From Gammaproteobacteria bacterium (lineage in GTDB: Bacteria > Pseudomonadota > Gammaproteobacteria > JACKNK01): 64,000 nt of DNA. Location of the stretch: assembly GCA_024234955.1 (NCBI GenBank), contig JACKNK010000006.1:92771-156770 (forward strand), given 5' to 3'. The translations under genes were made by a program, and so were the position numbers. Shown here one piece after another: positions 56,911 to 64,000 of the stretch; positions within the stretch are counted from its first letter, which is position 1, and every line of letters starts with the position of its first letter. Below the pieces are notes generated by a model. That model saw nothing but the letters and a program-made list of their open reading frames with translations. It did no database searches and was not told the DNA's origin.

Positions 56911-59274
56911 TCATTCCGATCTCGGCGCTGCTTCGCCAGCGCCTGGCTCGCGAATCGGGTCAAGTTCGACCTTTACACTGACCCGATCCCAGCCACCTGC
57001 TTCATCGAAGGCGGTGAGTTCCTGATCGCCGGGCTCAGCAAACCGATACACCAGTGGCACGCCGGCAATGGCGCTGCCGATGGGTTCCCCATTGCGCAAC
57101 CAATAAATCCTGCCTTCGCCGCTGGACGCGAGCAACGCAACGCGCGGCGCCTGTGTCTCGCCTGGCGCGGGCCGAAGACGGCTCCCTTCAACCGGCTCGT
57201 CGATCTTCACCCCGACACCCGTTCGGGCGGCGGTCGGGAGCGTATCTTCCATACACTCGGGGCGGGCGGCCGGGATTTGACTGCGGTGACGCAGTTCCGG
57301 TCCCAACCAAGGGGCAAGCGGCACTGGCCAACGCGCAATCTGCACCGGCTCCGGATGCGCCGCAGGACAGGTCGGCGTACTCAGGGCACGGCTCTCGCGG
57401 TCGATCCAGGCGCGGATCAGCAAGCGCTCCCCGTCCTCGGACGTCAGGGTGGGGGGTGCGGTCATGTCCATCACCCAGGCATCGACACGGCGATGACACA
57501 AGGCATCGGGCGTGCTCGCTTTGATCCCCCCCAGCGGCCAGCAGATTTCCACTTCGGAGACGTTCTCCGGCGGCGCAGGGATCGGCTGGTATTGCCCCAA
57601 GGTGGCGGCGATGTCGAACAACAGCGGTGCGGCAGTGACCGCCCCGAACTGCCCTGGCGCCGGCGTGCCATCGGGACGACCGACCCATACGCCAACGGTG
57701 TATGCGTTGCCGACACCAATCGCCCAGGCATCGCGATAGCCGTAACTGGTACCGGTCTTCCAGGCGAGTTGTACCCGCCCGGCATTCGGCGGCCGTCGTG
57801 GGTTGTCTGCCAGCATGCGGCGCACGATCCAGGCCGCGCCGGGCGAGAGCAGACGGCGCCGGACCAGCGCATCGTCCGGCTGGTAACGCGGGTCGGCAGC
57901 CAGGCCGTCGTCCGCCAGTGCGGTATAGGCCCCGACCAGGTCCTCGAGACGGGCGGAAACGCCACCCAGGATCATCGCCAGATTGGGGCGCGCGCCATCG
58001 GGCAGATAGAGTCGCAATCCCGCATCGCGCAGACGGGCGTAAAAAAGATCCGGGCCGAGGGCCTCGAGCAAGGCGACGGCGGGCAGGTTGAGGGAACGCT
58101 GCAAGGCCTCACCCGCACTGACCGGGCCGGAGAAGCCGGCGCTGAAGTTGCCGGGACGATATCCGCCACGGAAACGACGCGGCGCATCGACGAGCAGGCT
58201 GCCCGAGTCGATCAGTCCCCGATCGATGGCGAGGCCATAGAGCATGGGCTTGAGCAGGGATCCCGGCGAACGTCTTGCGTGCACCATATCGACATGGCCG
58301 AAACGGTCGCCGTCGGTGAAATCGGCCGAACCGAGATAAGCGCGCACGGCACGGCTGCCATTTTCAACGACCAGCACCGCCAGAGATTGCCGCGCCGGGA
58401 AACGGTTGACCGCGTTCAGCACCCGCTCCTCCAGCGCATGCTGCAATCCCGCATCGATGGTGGTGCGTATCGCGGCCCCCTTCGCAGCCGGCCCCTGCAG
58501 ACGCCGTGCGAGCAGCGGTGCACTGTTGGGACTGGGCCTGAACCAGACCGAGACGGGTTCTTTCAGCGCATCTTCCACGACCGACGCGGGCCAGACCCCA
58601 AGCGATTGCAGTCGCCGCAATACCTTGTCCCGGGCGATCCGGGTTCGTTCCGGATGGCGATCGGGGCGCAATGCGGTCGGCCGTTGCGGCAACACCGCCA
58701 GCATGGCGGCTTCGGCATGGGTGAGTTCGGTGGGCGGCTTGCCGAGATAGGCATAACTGGCCGCCTGCACCCCTTCCAAAGGGCCACCGAAAGGCGCGTG
58801 GTTCAAATAGAGCGTGAGGATTTCCCGCTTGCTCAGTCGCCATTCCAGCTGCAAGGCGCGCAATATCTGCCGGGCCTTGCCGGACAGGCTGCGGGTGCCC
58901 GGCTCGAACAGACGCGCCACCTGCATGGTCAAGGTCGATCCCCCGGAGACGATCTCGCCGTGACGCAGGCGTTGCGCGGCGGCACGGAGCAATGCCCAGG
59001 GGTTCACCCCGGGATGATGCTCGAACCACCGATCTTCGTAAGCGATCAGGGCCTCGAGATAGCGCGGCGATACCGCGTCCGGCGTGGTCGGATAACGCCA
59101 TACCCCGTTCGCATCGGCGAACGCACGGAGCGGCGAACCGTCCTCGGCGGCGACCACCGTCGCGAATGCCGAGTCCGCGTCTGGCAGCGGGGGTGGAAAC
59201 CAGCGATCCAGCAGTAGCAGCAACGCGGGCACAGCGAGCAACCCGAGCAGCCAGCGCGTCCGCTTCGGCGTCAC
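56911..59274 (-). CDS. pbpC: Penicillin-binding protein 1C (transglycosylase/transpeptidase)
   Basis: GT51 motifs 'EDRWFEHHPGVN','GGSTLTMQ','RKARE-like KREILTLYLN', TP 'SPGSLLKP' (SxxK), 'KTGTS', C-terminal PbpC-type domain. GTG 59274 (GTGA overlap with the upstream stop) preferred over ATG 59319. Confidence 0.85.
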   Translation of the reverse strand: MTPKRTRWLLGLLAVPALLLLLDRWFPPPLPDADSAFATVVAAEDGSPLRAFADANGVWRYPTTPDAVSPRYLEALIAYEDRWFEHHPGVNPWALLRAAAQRLRHGEIVSGGSTLTMQVARLFEPGTRSLSGKARQILRALQLEWRLSKREILTLYLNHAPFGGPLEGVQAASYAYLGKPPTELTHAEAAMLAVLPQRPTALRPDRHPERTRIARDKVLRRLQSLGVWPASVVEDALKEPVSVWFRPSPNSAPLLARRLQGPAAKGAAIRTTIDAGLQHALEERVLNAVNRFPARQSLAVLVVENGSRAVRAYLGSADFTDGDRFGHVDMVHARRSPGSLLKPMLYGLAIDRGLIDSGSLLVDAPRRFRGGYRPGNFSAGFSGPVSAGEALQRSLNLPAVALLEALGPDLFYARLRDAGLRLYLPDGARPNLAMILGGVSARLEDLVGAYTALADDGLAADPRYQPDDALVRRRLLSPGAAWIVRRMLADNPRRPPNAGRVQLAWKTGTSYGYRDAWAIGVGNAYTVGVWVGRPDGTPAPGQFGAVTAAPLLFDIAATLGQYQPIPAPPENVSEVEICWPLGGIKASTPDALCHRRVDAWVMDMTAPPTLTSEDGERLLIRAWIDRESRALSTPTCPAAHPEPVQIARWPVPLAPWLGPELRHRSQIPAARPECMEDTLPTAARTGVGVKIDEPVEGSRLRPAPGETQAPRVALLASSGEGRIYWLRNGEPIGSAIAGVPLVYRFAEPGDQELTAFDEAGGWDRVSVKVELDPIREPGAGEAAPRSE

Positions 59275-60077
59275 CCCGCGATCAACCGGACGCTCGGAGG
59301 CAGACTGACATCCATGCACAAAGGGAGATGATCCGAGACCGCTAGCGGCAACACCCGAGTCCCCGCCACATCCAGCGTTTCCGACACCAGGATATGGTCA
59401 ATGCTGCGTCGCGGTTTCCAGCTCGGAAAGGTCGCCAGATCGGGCTGCGGCGGACGTAACGAGGTACTGCGGATCAGTTCGCTCATCTGTTCGCTATCGG
59501 CGAGCAGATTGAGATCGCCCATGACGATCAGATGCGGATAGGTGGCGGTCTGTTCACGCAGGTAATCGAGTTGCAGACCGCGTGCGCGCCGCCCCAGCGC
59601 CAGGTGCAGGATGATCAGCACCAGGTCGTTCTCGCCGGCATCGAAATGGGCGCACAAGGCGCCACGACCCGGAGGGCCTGGCAGACGATGCCCCTCCACG
59701 CAACGCGGTCGATACCGACTGAGCAGCCCGATGCTGTGCTGTGCAATGCGCCCCATGTTGCGATTGGTCTGGTCGCTCCAGTATGGGAACCGAGCATTGC
59801 GGGCGAGATATTCGGTGAGATTGATGTCACCGGTACGCAGGCTGCCGGCGTCCGCTTCCTGCAGGCCGACGATGTCGAACTCGTGCAGCATGCCGGCGAT
59901 GCGCTGGAGGGTCTGTTCCCGCTTGGCGTGAGGGAGAAGGTGCTTCCAGGACCCGGTCAGATAATGCCGAAAGCTCGGTGTGGCGATACCCGCCTGAATG
60001 TTGTAACTGAGCAGACGGAGCCGCTGGCCTTCGTCTGCAGACGTGTCGGTCATCGGCACGGTCGGCGCATGCTCCAT
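59271..60077 (-). CDS. Endonuclease/exonuclease/phosphatase (EEP) family protein
   Basis: 'LRLLSYNIQ', 'IVGLQEAD', 'MGDLNL', C-terminal 'SDHLPL'. Confidence 0.75.
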   Translation of the reverse strand: MEHAPTVPMTDTSADEGQRLRLLSYNIQAGIATPSFRHYLTGSWKHLLPHAKREQTLQRIAGMLHEFDIVGLQEADAGSLRTGDINLTEYLARNARFPYWSDQTNRNMGRIAQHSIGLLSRYRPRCVEGHRLPGPPGRGALCAHFDAGENDLVLIILHLALGRRARGLQLDYLREQTATYPHLIVMGDLNLLADSEQMSELIRSTSLRPPQPDLATFPSWKPRRSIDHILVSETLDVAGTRVLPLAVSDHLPLCMDVSLPPSVRLIAG

Positions 60078-60092
60078 GACCGACTCTGCAGA

Positions 60093-60812
60093 TCAGCCGT
60101 TGCCACCCACCGACGTGCTGGGCGGGGCATCCTCTGGCGCCGCCTGCGGGGCAGTGGCCGGCCCCGTGGTGGCCGGAACCGCCGACGGCGACTCCTTGGC
60201 GACCAGATAATCGATCAGGGCAAACAATTTGGCCGCTGTCCCACCCGCCGATTCGACGTTGGTCAGATATTTTCCGTTGACGACGATCGCGGGGACGCCA
60301 TGCACGCCCCATTTGCGTCCCAGGCTCGCGGCGCGGCGAACTTCCTTCGCCACCCCGAAGGAACGGGCCGTTGTCAGATATTCGGTGGCATCGACACCCT
60401 GCTCGGCGAAGAACTCCGCCAAGGCAGCATCGCTGAACAATTGCCGTTTATCCTTGTGAATCGCATCGAACAGCGGCACGTGGATCTTGTCGAGGACACC
60501 CATTGCCTCCGCCGCGTAGAAAGCGCGGCTATGCACGGCCCAGCTTGGGTTCAGGGGTGCTGGCAGCCGCACAAATTGGACATTGGCAGGCTTGCGAGCC
60601 AGCCATGCATCGACATCCGGCTCCAGGTGGTAGCAATGCGGGCAGCCGTACCAGAACACTTCCGCAACCTCGACCGTACCGTTATCCGGAGTGGCCCGCA
60701 GCGCTGGCTTGATAACCTGATATTCGATGCCTTCGTCGTACTCAGCGGCGCTTGCGGGGGCGACCGAGTAGCTGAAGAACGCGGCGATCAGGACGGGGAA
60801 GAGGGAACGCAT
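60093..60812 (-). CDS. dsbA: Thiol:disulfide interchange protein DsbA with Pro/Ala-rich C-terminal tail
   Basis: Signal peptide, active site 'FWYGCPHCYHLEP', 'GVHGVPAIVVNGKY'. Confidence 0.85.
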   Translation of the reverse strand: MRSLFPVLIAAFFSYSVAPASAAEYDEGIEYQVIKPALRATPDNGTVEVAEVFWYGCPHCYHLEPDVDAWLARKPANVQFVRLPAPLNPSWAVHSRAFYAAEAMGVLDKIHVPLFDAIHKDKRQLFSDAALAEFFAEQGVDATEYLTTARSFGVAKEVRRAASLGRKWGVHGVPAIVVNGKYLTNVESAGGTAAKLFALIDYLVAKESPSAVPATTGPATAPQAAPEDAPPSTSVGGNG

Positions 60813-60839
60813 GTTGAACTCCGTATAAACCCTGACGGG

Positions 60840-61334
60840 TTATTTCAACGAGGCGACGGCCTGGGTGAAGCCGTTCAGGGACAAGGGCACATTCAGCCGC
60901 TTGCCTTGCAGATTGAAAAAGCTGACCGTGCCTTTGGCGCCTTTCTGGAAGGCGCTGAGAATTTCAGGTTTGAGCAATAGACCGGCTCGGCAACCCACCG
61001 GGGTGCAGGTCTCGAACATCATGCTGAACGGCTCCACCTCATCGACCTGGATCTGAATACCGGGGCGCAACGCCACACCCAGCGGCAGTGTGGCGATCAT
61101 TACCGGTTCTTCCCGCTTTGGCGTTTGCAGCACCATCACATGCAGCAGCTGCTGTTGGGTTTCCTTGACCACCAGATTCTGGAACACATGGCAGATCTCC
61201 TGGTCGCTGCCCTCCGGTGTCTCGCACTGTCCGCGCCAGTCCTTGAACACGGCGTCCTTGTCCGGTTTCGCAAACACGGCAGCGGGCGCCACCAACATCG
61301 ACAGGGACAACAGTGCGGCGGAAAAGCGGGTCAT
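60840..61334 (-). CDS. Invasion-associated locus B (IalB) family protein, paralog 1
   Basis: Signal peptide, 'FKDWRGQCE', 'LPLGVALRPGIQIQVD', 'CTPVGCRA', 'VPLSLNGFTQAVASL'. Confidence 0.7.
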   Translation of the reverse strand: MTRFSAALLSLSMLVAPAAVFAKPDKDAVFKDWRGQCETPEGSDQEICHVFQNLVVKETQQQLLHVMVLQTPKREEPVMIATLPLGVALRPGIQIQVDEVEPFSMMFETCTPVGCRAGLLLKPEILSAFQKGAKGTVSFFNLQGKRLNVPLSLNGFTQAVASLK

Positions 61335-61346
61335 GGGTAACTGCCT

Positions 61347-61853
61347 TTACTTGAGCGAGGCGAGACCGGCCGTGAAACCGGACAGGGAGACCGGCACGGT
61401 GGCGGTCTTCAGATTCATATCGGCAAAGCTGATTTTCAGAGTAGACCCCTTTTTCAGCGCGTCGATCATCGCATCCGCCATATTGCCGCCCGCACGGCAA
61501 CCGTCCGGAAGACAAGTGTTGACCGGGATGCGCTGCTTCTCGCCGTCGTCGATCTGCAACTGCACACCCGGTGGCAGCGCCATACCCAGGGGCATGGTCA
61601 GGACTAGATACGGGCTGTCTTCACCGGGCAGATAGGTGACCGCAACGCGCAACAGCGGACGCTTCTTCTCACCGGCGGTAAAAATCTGGAACAGATGGCA
61701 CACCTGGGTCTTCTTGCCTTCCTCGCCGACCTCTTCACAAGCCACGGTCCAATCCTTGAACTTGGCGCCATTCTCCGGCGCCGCAAACACGGAATGGGAC
61801 GAAAACAGGGCCATTGCGGCCAGCAGGGAACGAATCAGGACGGAGCGAAACAT
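61347..61853 (-). CDS. Invasion-associated locus B (IalB) family protein, paralog 2
   Basis: Same pattern: 'FKDWTVACE', 'MPLGMALPPGVQLQID', 'CLPDGCRA', 'VPVSLSGFTAGLASL'. Start at ATG 61853. Confidence 0.7.
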   Translation of the reverse strand: MFRSVLIRSLLAAMALFSSHSVFAAPENGAKFKDWTVACEEVGEEGKKTQVCHLFQIFTAGEKKRPLLRVAVTYLPGEDSPYLVLTMPLGMALPPGVQLQIDDGEKQRIPVNTCLPDGCRAGGNMADAMIDALKKGSTLKISFADMNLKTATVPVSLSGFTAGLASLK

Positions 61854-62083
61854 GAGTGTGCCTCGAAAAAGTACGCAGAGAATGGGGCGGCATTGTAGCG
61901 AGTCCGCAGCAATTTTACGTACCACTGCGCGTTCGTCCCGATTATGTCGCCTGAATGGAACCCTCCCTCAGAGTCTCAAATCAACATTCGGTTCCCCGTC
62001 AATCACCGCGAGAGCGGTCTACCACCGGCTTGGGTACAATCCCCGGCCTTCCGCCCACCACCAAAGTAAAAGCGAGCCCGTCG

Positions 62084-63148
62084 ATGGCCGAACTCGAGAA
62101 CGACCGTTTCCTGCGCGCCCTGCTGCGCGAATCCGTGGACCGTACCCCGATGTGGATGATGCGTCAGGCCGGGCGCTACCTCCCGGAATACCGCGCCACC
62201 CGCACCAAGGCAGGCAGTTTCATGCAGTTGTGCATGTCACCGGAACTGGCCTGCGAGGTCACGCTCCAGCCACTGGATCGATTCCCGCTCGATGCCGCAA
62301 TCCTGTTTTCCGACATCCTGACCGTGCCGGATGCCATGGGCCTGGGGCTTGGCTTCGCGGAAGGCGAAGGGCCTTATTTCGAGAAGCCGATCCGCACCGA
62401 GGCCGATATCGACGCACTGCCGATCCCGGATCCGGAAGATGAGCTCAAGTACGTCATGGATGCGGTGCGCACCATTCGTTCGGCGCTCAATGGCCGGGTG
62501 CCGCTGATCGGCTTCTCCGGCAGCCCCTGGACCCTGGTCACCTATATGGTGGAAGGGGGCTCCAGCAAGAACTTCAGCCGCAGCAAGCAGATGATGTACG
62601 ACCGCCCGGACCTGATGCACAAGCTGCTCGGCAAGGTCGCGGATGCCGTCACCTTGTATCTGAACGCGCAGATCGCCGCCGGCGCGCAGGCCGTGCAGAT
62701 CTTCGACACCTGGGGCGGTGCGCTGTCGACGCCGAAGTACCAGGAATTCTCGCTGGCCTACATGCGCCGCATCGTAGCCGGCCTGACCCGCGAGGCCGAA
62801 GGCCGCAAGGTGCCGGTAATCATGTTCACCAAGGGCGGCGGCCAGTGGCTGGAACTGATGGCCGACACCGGCGCTGACGCGCTCGGTCTCGACTGGACCA
62901 CGCAGATCGGCGACGCCCGCAGCCGCGTCGGCGATCGGGTGTCCCTGCAAGGCAACCTCGATCCCTGCGCGTTGTACGCCTCCCCGGACAGCATCCGCCG
63001 CGAAGTCGCCGACATCCTCGCCGGCTACGGTCACGGCAACGGCCACGTCTTCAACCTCGGCCACGGCATCACCCCGGACATCGACCCGGAACACGTCACC
63101 GCGCTGGTCGAGGCCGTGCACGAGCTGAGCAAGCCCTATCACGTCTGA
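62084..63148 (+). CDS. hemE: Uroporphyrinogen decarboxylase
   Basis: 'NDRFLRALL...[16 protein letters not shown]', 'AILFSDIL', 'GFSGSPWTL', 'QIFDTWGG', 'HVFNLGHGI'. Confidence 0.95.
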   Translation: MAELENDRFLRALLRESVDRTPMWMMRQAGRYLPEYRATRTKAGSFMQLCMSPELACEVTLQPLDRFPLDAAILFSDILTVPDAMGLGLGFAEGEGPYFEKPIRTEADIDALPIPDPEDELKYVMDAVRTIRSALNGRVPLIGFSGSPWTLVTYMVEGGSSKNFSRSKQMMYDRPDLMHKLLGKVADAVTLYLNAQIAAGAQAVQIFDTWGGALSTPKYQEFSLAYMRRIVAGLTREAEGRKVPVIMFTKGGGQWLELMADTGADALGLDWTTQIGDARSRVGDRVSLQGNLDPCALYASPDSIRREVADILAGYGHGNGHVFNLGHGITPDIDPEHVTALVEAVHELSKPYHV

Positions 63149-63247
63149 GGCACAACCCGTAGGGGTTCCGCCGTGCAGCCTCCGGGAAGCACCCGTCTTC
63201 CCTGAATGCATCTGACGCCCGCCGGCGGAACCCCTGCGGGTTCCGCC

Positions 63248-64000
63248 CTACCCCTTCGACGTGGCTTTGCTGACCAGCCAGATCGCCAGACTGGCGAACA
63301 TGAAGCCGGGCAACAGTTCGTAGACATCGAACACCCCGCCCGAAAGCGGCTTCCAGACGATCACCGTCAGCGCCCCGATCAGAATCCCGGCAAAGGCCCC
63401 GGCCCGCGTCATCTTTTCCCAATAGAGGGAAAACACGATCGCCGGCCCGAACGCCGCGCCGAATCCGGCCCAGGCGTAGGAAACCAGATCGAGCACACCG
63501 CTGTCCGGAGACCACGCGAGGCTCAACGCCACCATCGCAACCGCCACCACGGCACCACGTCCCACCCACACCGTTTCCACCGCCCCTGCTTGAGGCCGAA
63601 ACAGTTGCTTATAAAAATCCTCAGTCAACGCCGACGAGGCCACCAGGAGTTGTGAATCGGCGGTACTCATGATCGCCGCGAGAATGGCCGCCAGGCAGAT
63701 GCCGGCCACCAGCGGATGGAACAGCACCCCGACCAGGACGATGAACACCTGCTCCGGATCTGCCCCCAACTCGCCGGGCTTCAACACCTGCCACCCGGAC
63801 AGACCCACGGCGATCGCCGAAATCAGACCGAGGAACGTCCACACCAACGCGATATTCCGCGCCTTGCCAAGACCTTCGACCCGGTCGATCGCCATGAATC
63901 GGGCGAGGATATGCGGCTGCCCGAAGTAACCGAGCCCCCAAGCCAACAGCGACAACACCGTCAGCCCCCCGATCGCACTGCCATCGGCCCCCGAGAATGG
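63248..64000 (-). CDS. putP: Sodium:solute (proline) symporter, C-terminal part; N-terminus beyond window
   Basis: 'GYFGQPHILARFMA', 'AAIMSTADSQLL', 'YAWAGFGAAFGP' are SSF/PutP motifs. The frame is open to the window edge. Confidence 0.75.
   Translation of the reverse strand, partial: PFSGADGSAIGGLTVLSLLAWGLGYFGQPHILARFMAIDRVEGLGKARNIALVWTFLGLISAIAVGLSGWQVLKPGELGADPEQVFIVLVGVLFHPLVAGICLAAILAAIMSTADSQLLVASSALTEDFYKQLFRPQAGAVETVWVGRGAVVAVAMVALSLAWSPDSGVLDLVSYAWAGFGAAFGPAIVFSLYWEKMTRAGAFAGILIGALTVIVWKPLSGGVFDVYELLPGFMFASLAIWLVSKATSKG

Noticed and set aside
56911-59319. ATG 59319 as the pbpC start.
   Set aside because: It would overlap the EEP gene by 49 nt. GTG 59274 gives a GTGA stop/start overlap and the expected short tail plus TM anchor ('VTPKRTRWLLGLLAVPALLLLL').

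Overview
GC-rich gammaproteobacterial chromosome segment, probably from a sulfur-oxidising lineage (soxYZ, dapF-yigA-xerC and lptM-lysA synteny, pilT-pilU). About 0-22 kb and 54-64 kb are ordinary housekeeping: rpmE, uvrD, xerC, dapF, lysA, a sensor kinase plus sigma54 regulator upstream of soxYZ, yggS, pilTU, pyk, tex, TRAP permeases, pagL-like, pbpC, dsbA, two IalB paralogs, hemE, putP. The middle is accessory and holds the interesting content. (1) 22.4-27.6 kb: a four-gene operon with a MotA/ExbB-type proton channel, two paralogous ExbD-like single-pass proteins carrying coiled-coil plus vWA ectodomains, and an OmpA-family protein with 13 thrombospondin-type-3 repeats. I consider it a candidate undescribed PMF-driven envelope machine. 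(2) 28.7-32.5 kb: a monocistronic 1251-aa orphan with no signal peptide, built from an N-terminal Asp-box beta-propeller, a long beta-rich middle and seven novel C-terminal helical repeats. (3) 33.3-35.8 kb: a prokaryotic pentameric ligand-gated ion channel translationally coupled to a fused phosphosulfolactate synthase/phosphatase (ComA-ComB). (4) About 32.6-43.3 kb: a toxin-antitoxin-dense cassette island (ParDE, MntA/HepT, BrnTA, RelE/RHH, HicAB plus remnants). It is punctuated by a recurring ~24-nt motif, ~360-bp direct repeats and a (GCCAGA)n microsatellite, and holds a visibly AT-richer cassette encoding an 898-aa SF1B helicase with a large unknown N-terminal domain. (5) 47.5-53.9 kb: an operon built around an FHA-TM-PEGA-FGE protein. 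I saw no rRNA, tRNA, CRISPR array, transposase or phage structural gene. All domain calls come from motif recognition in the supplied translations, with no database search. GC statements are by eye.
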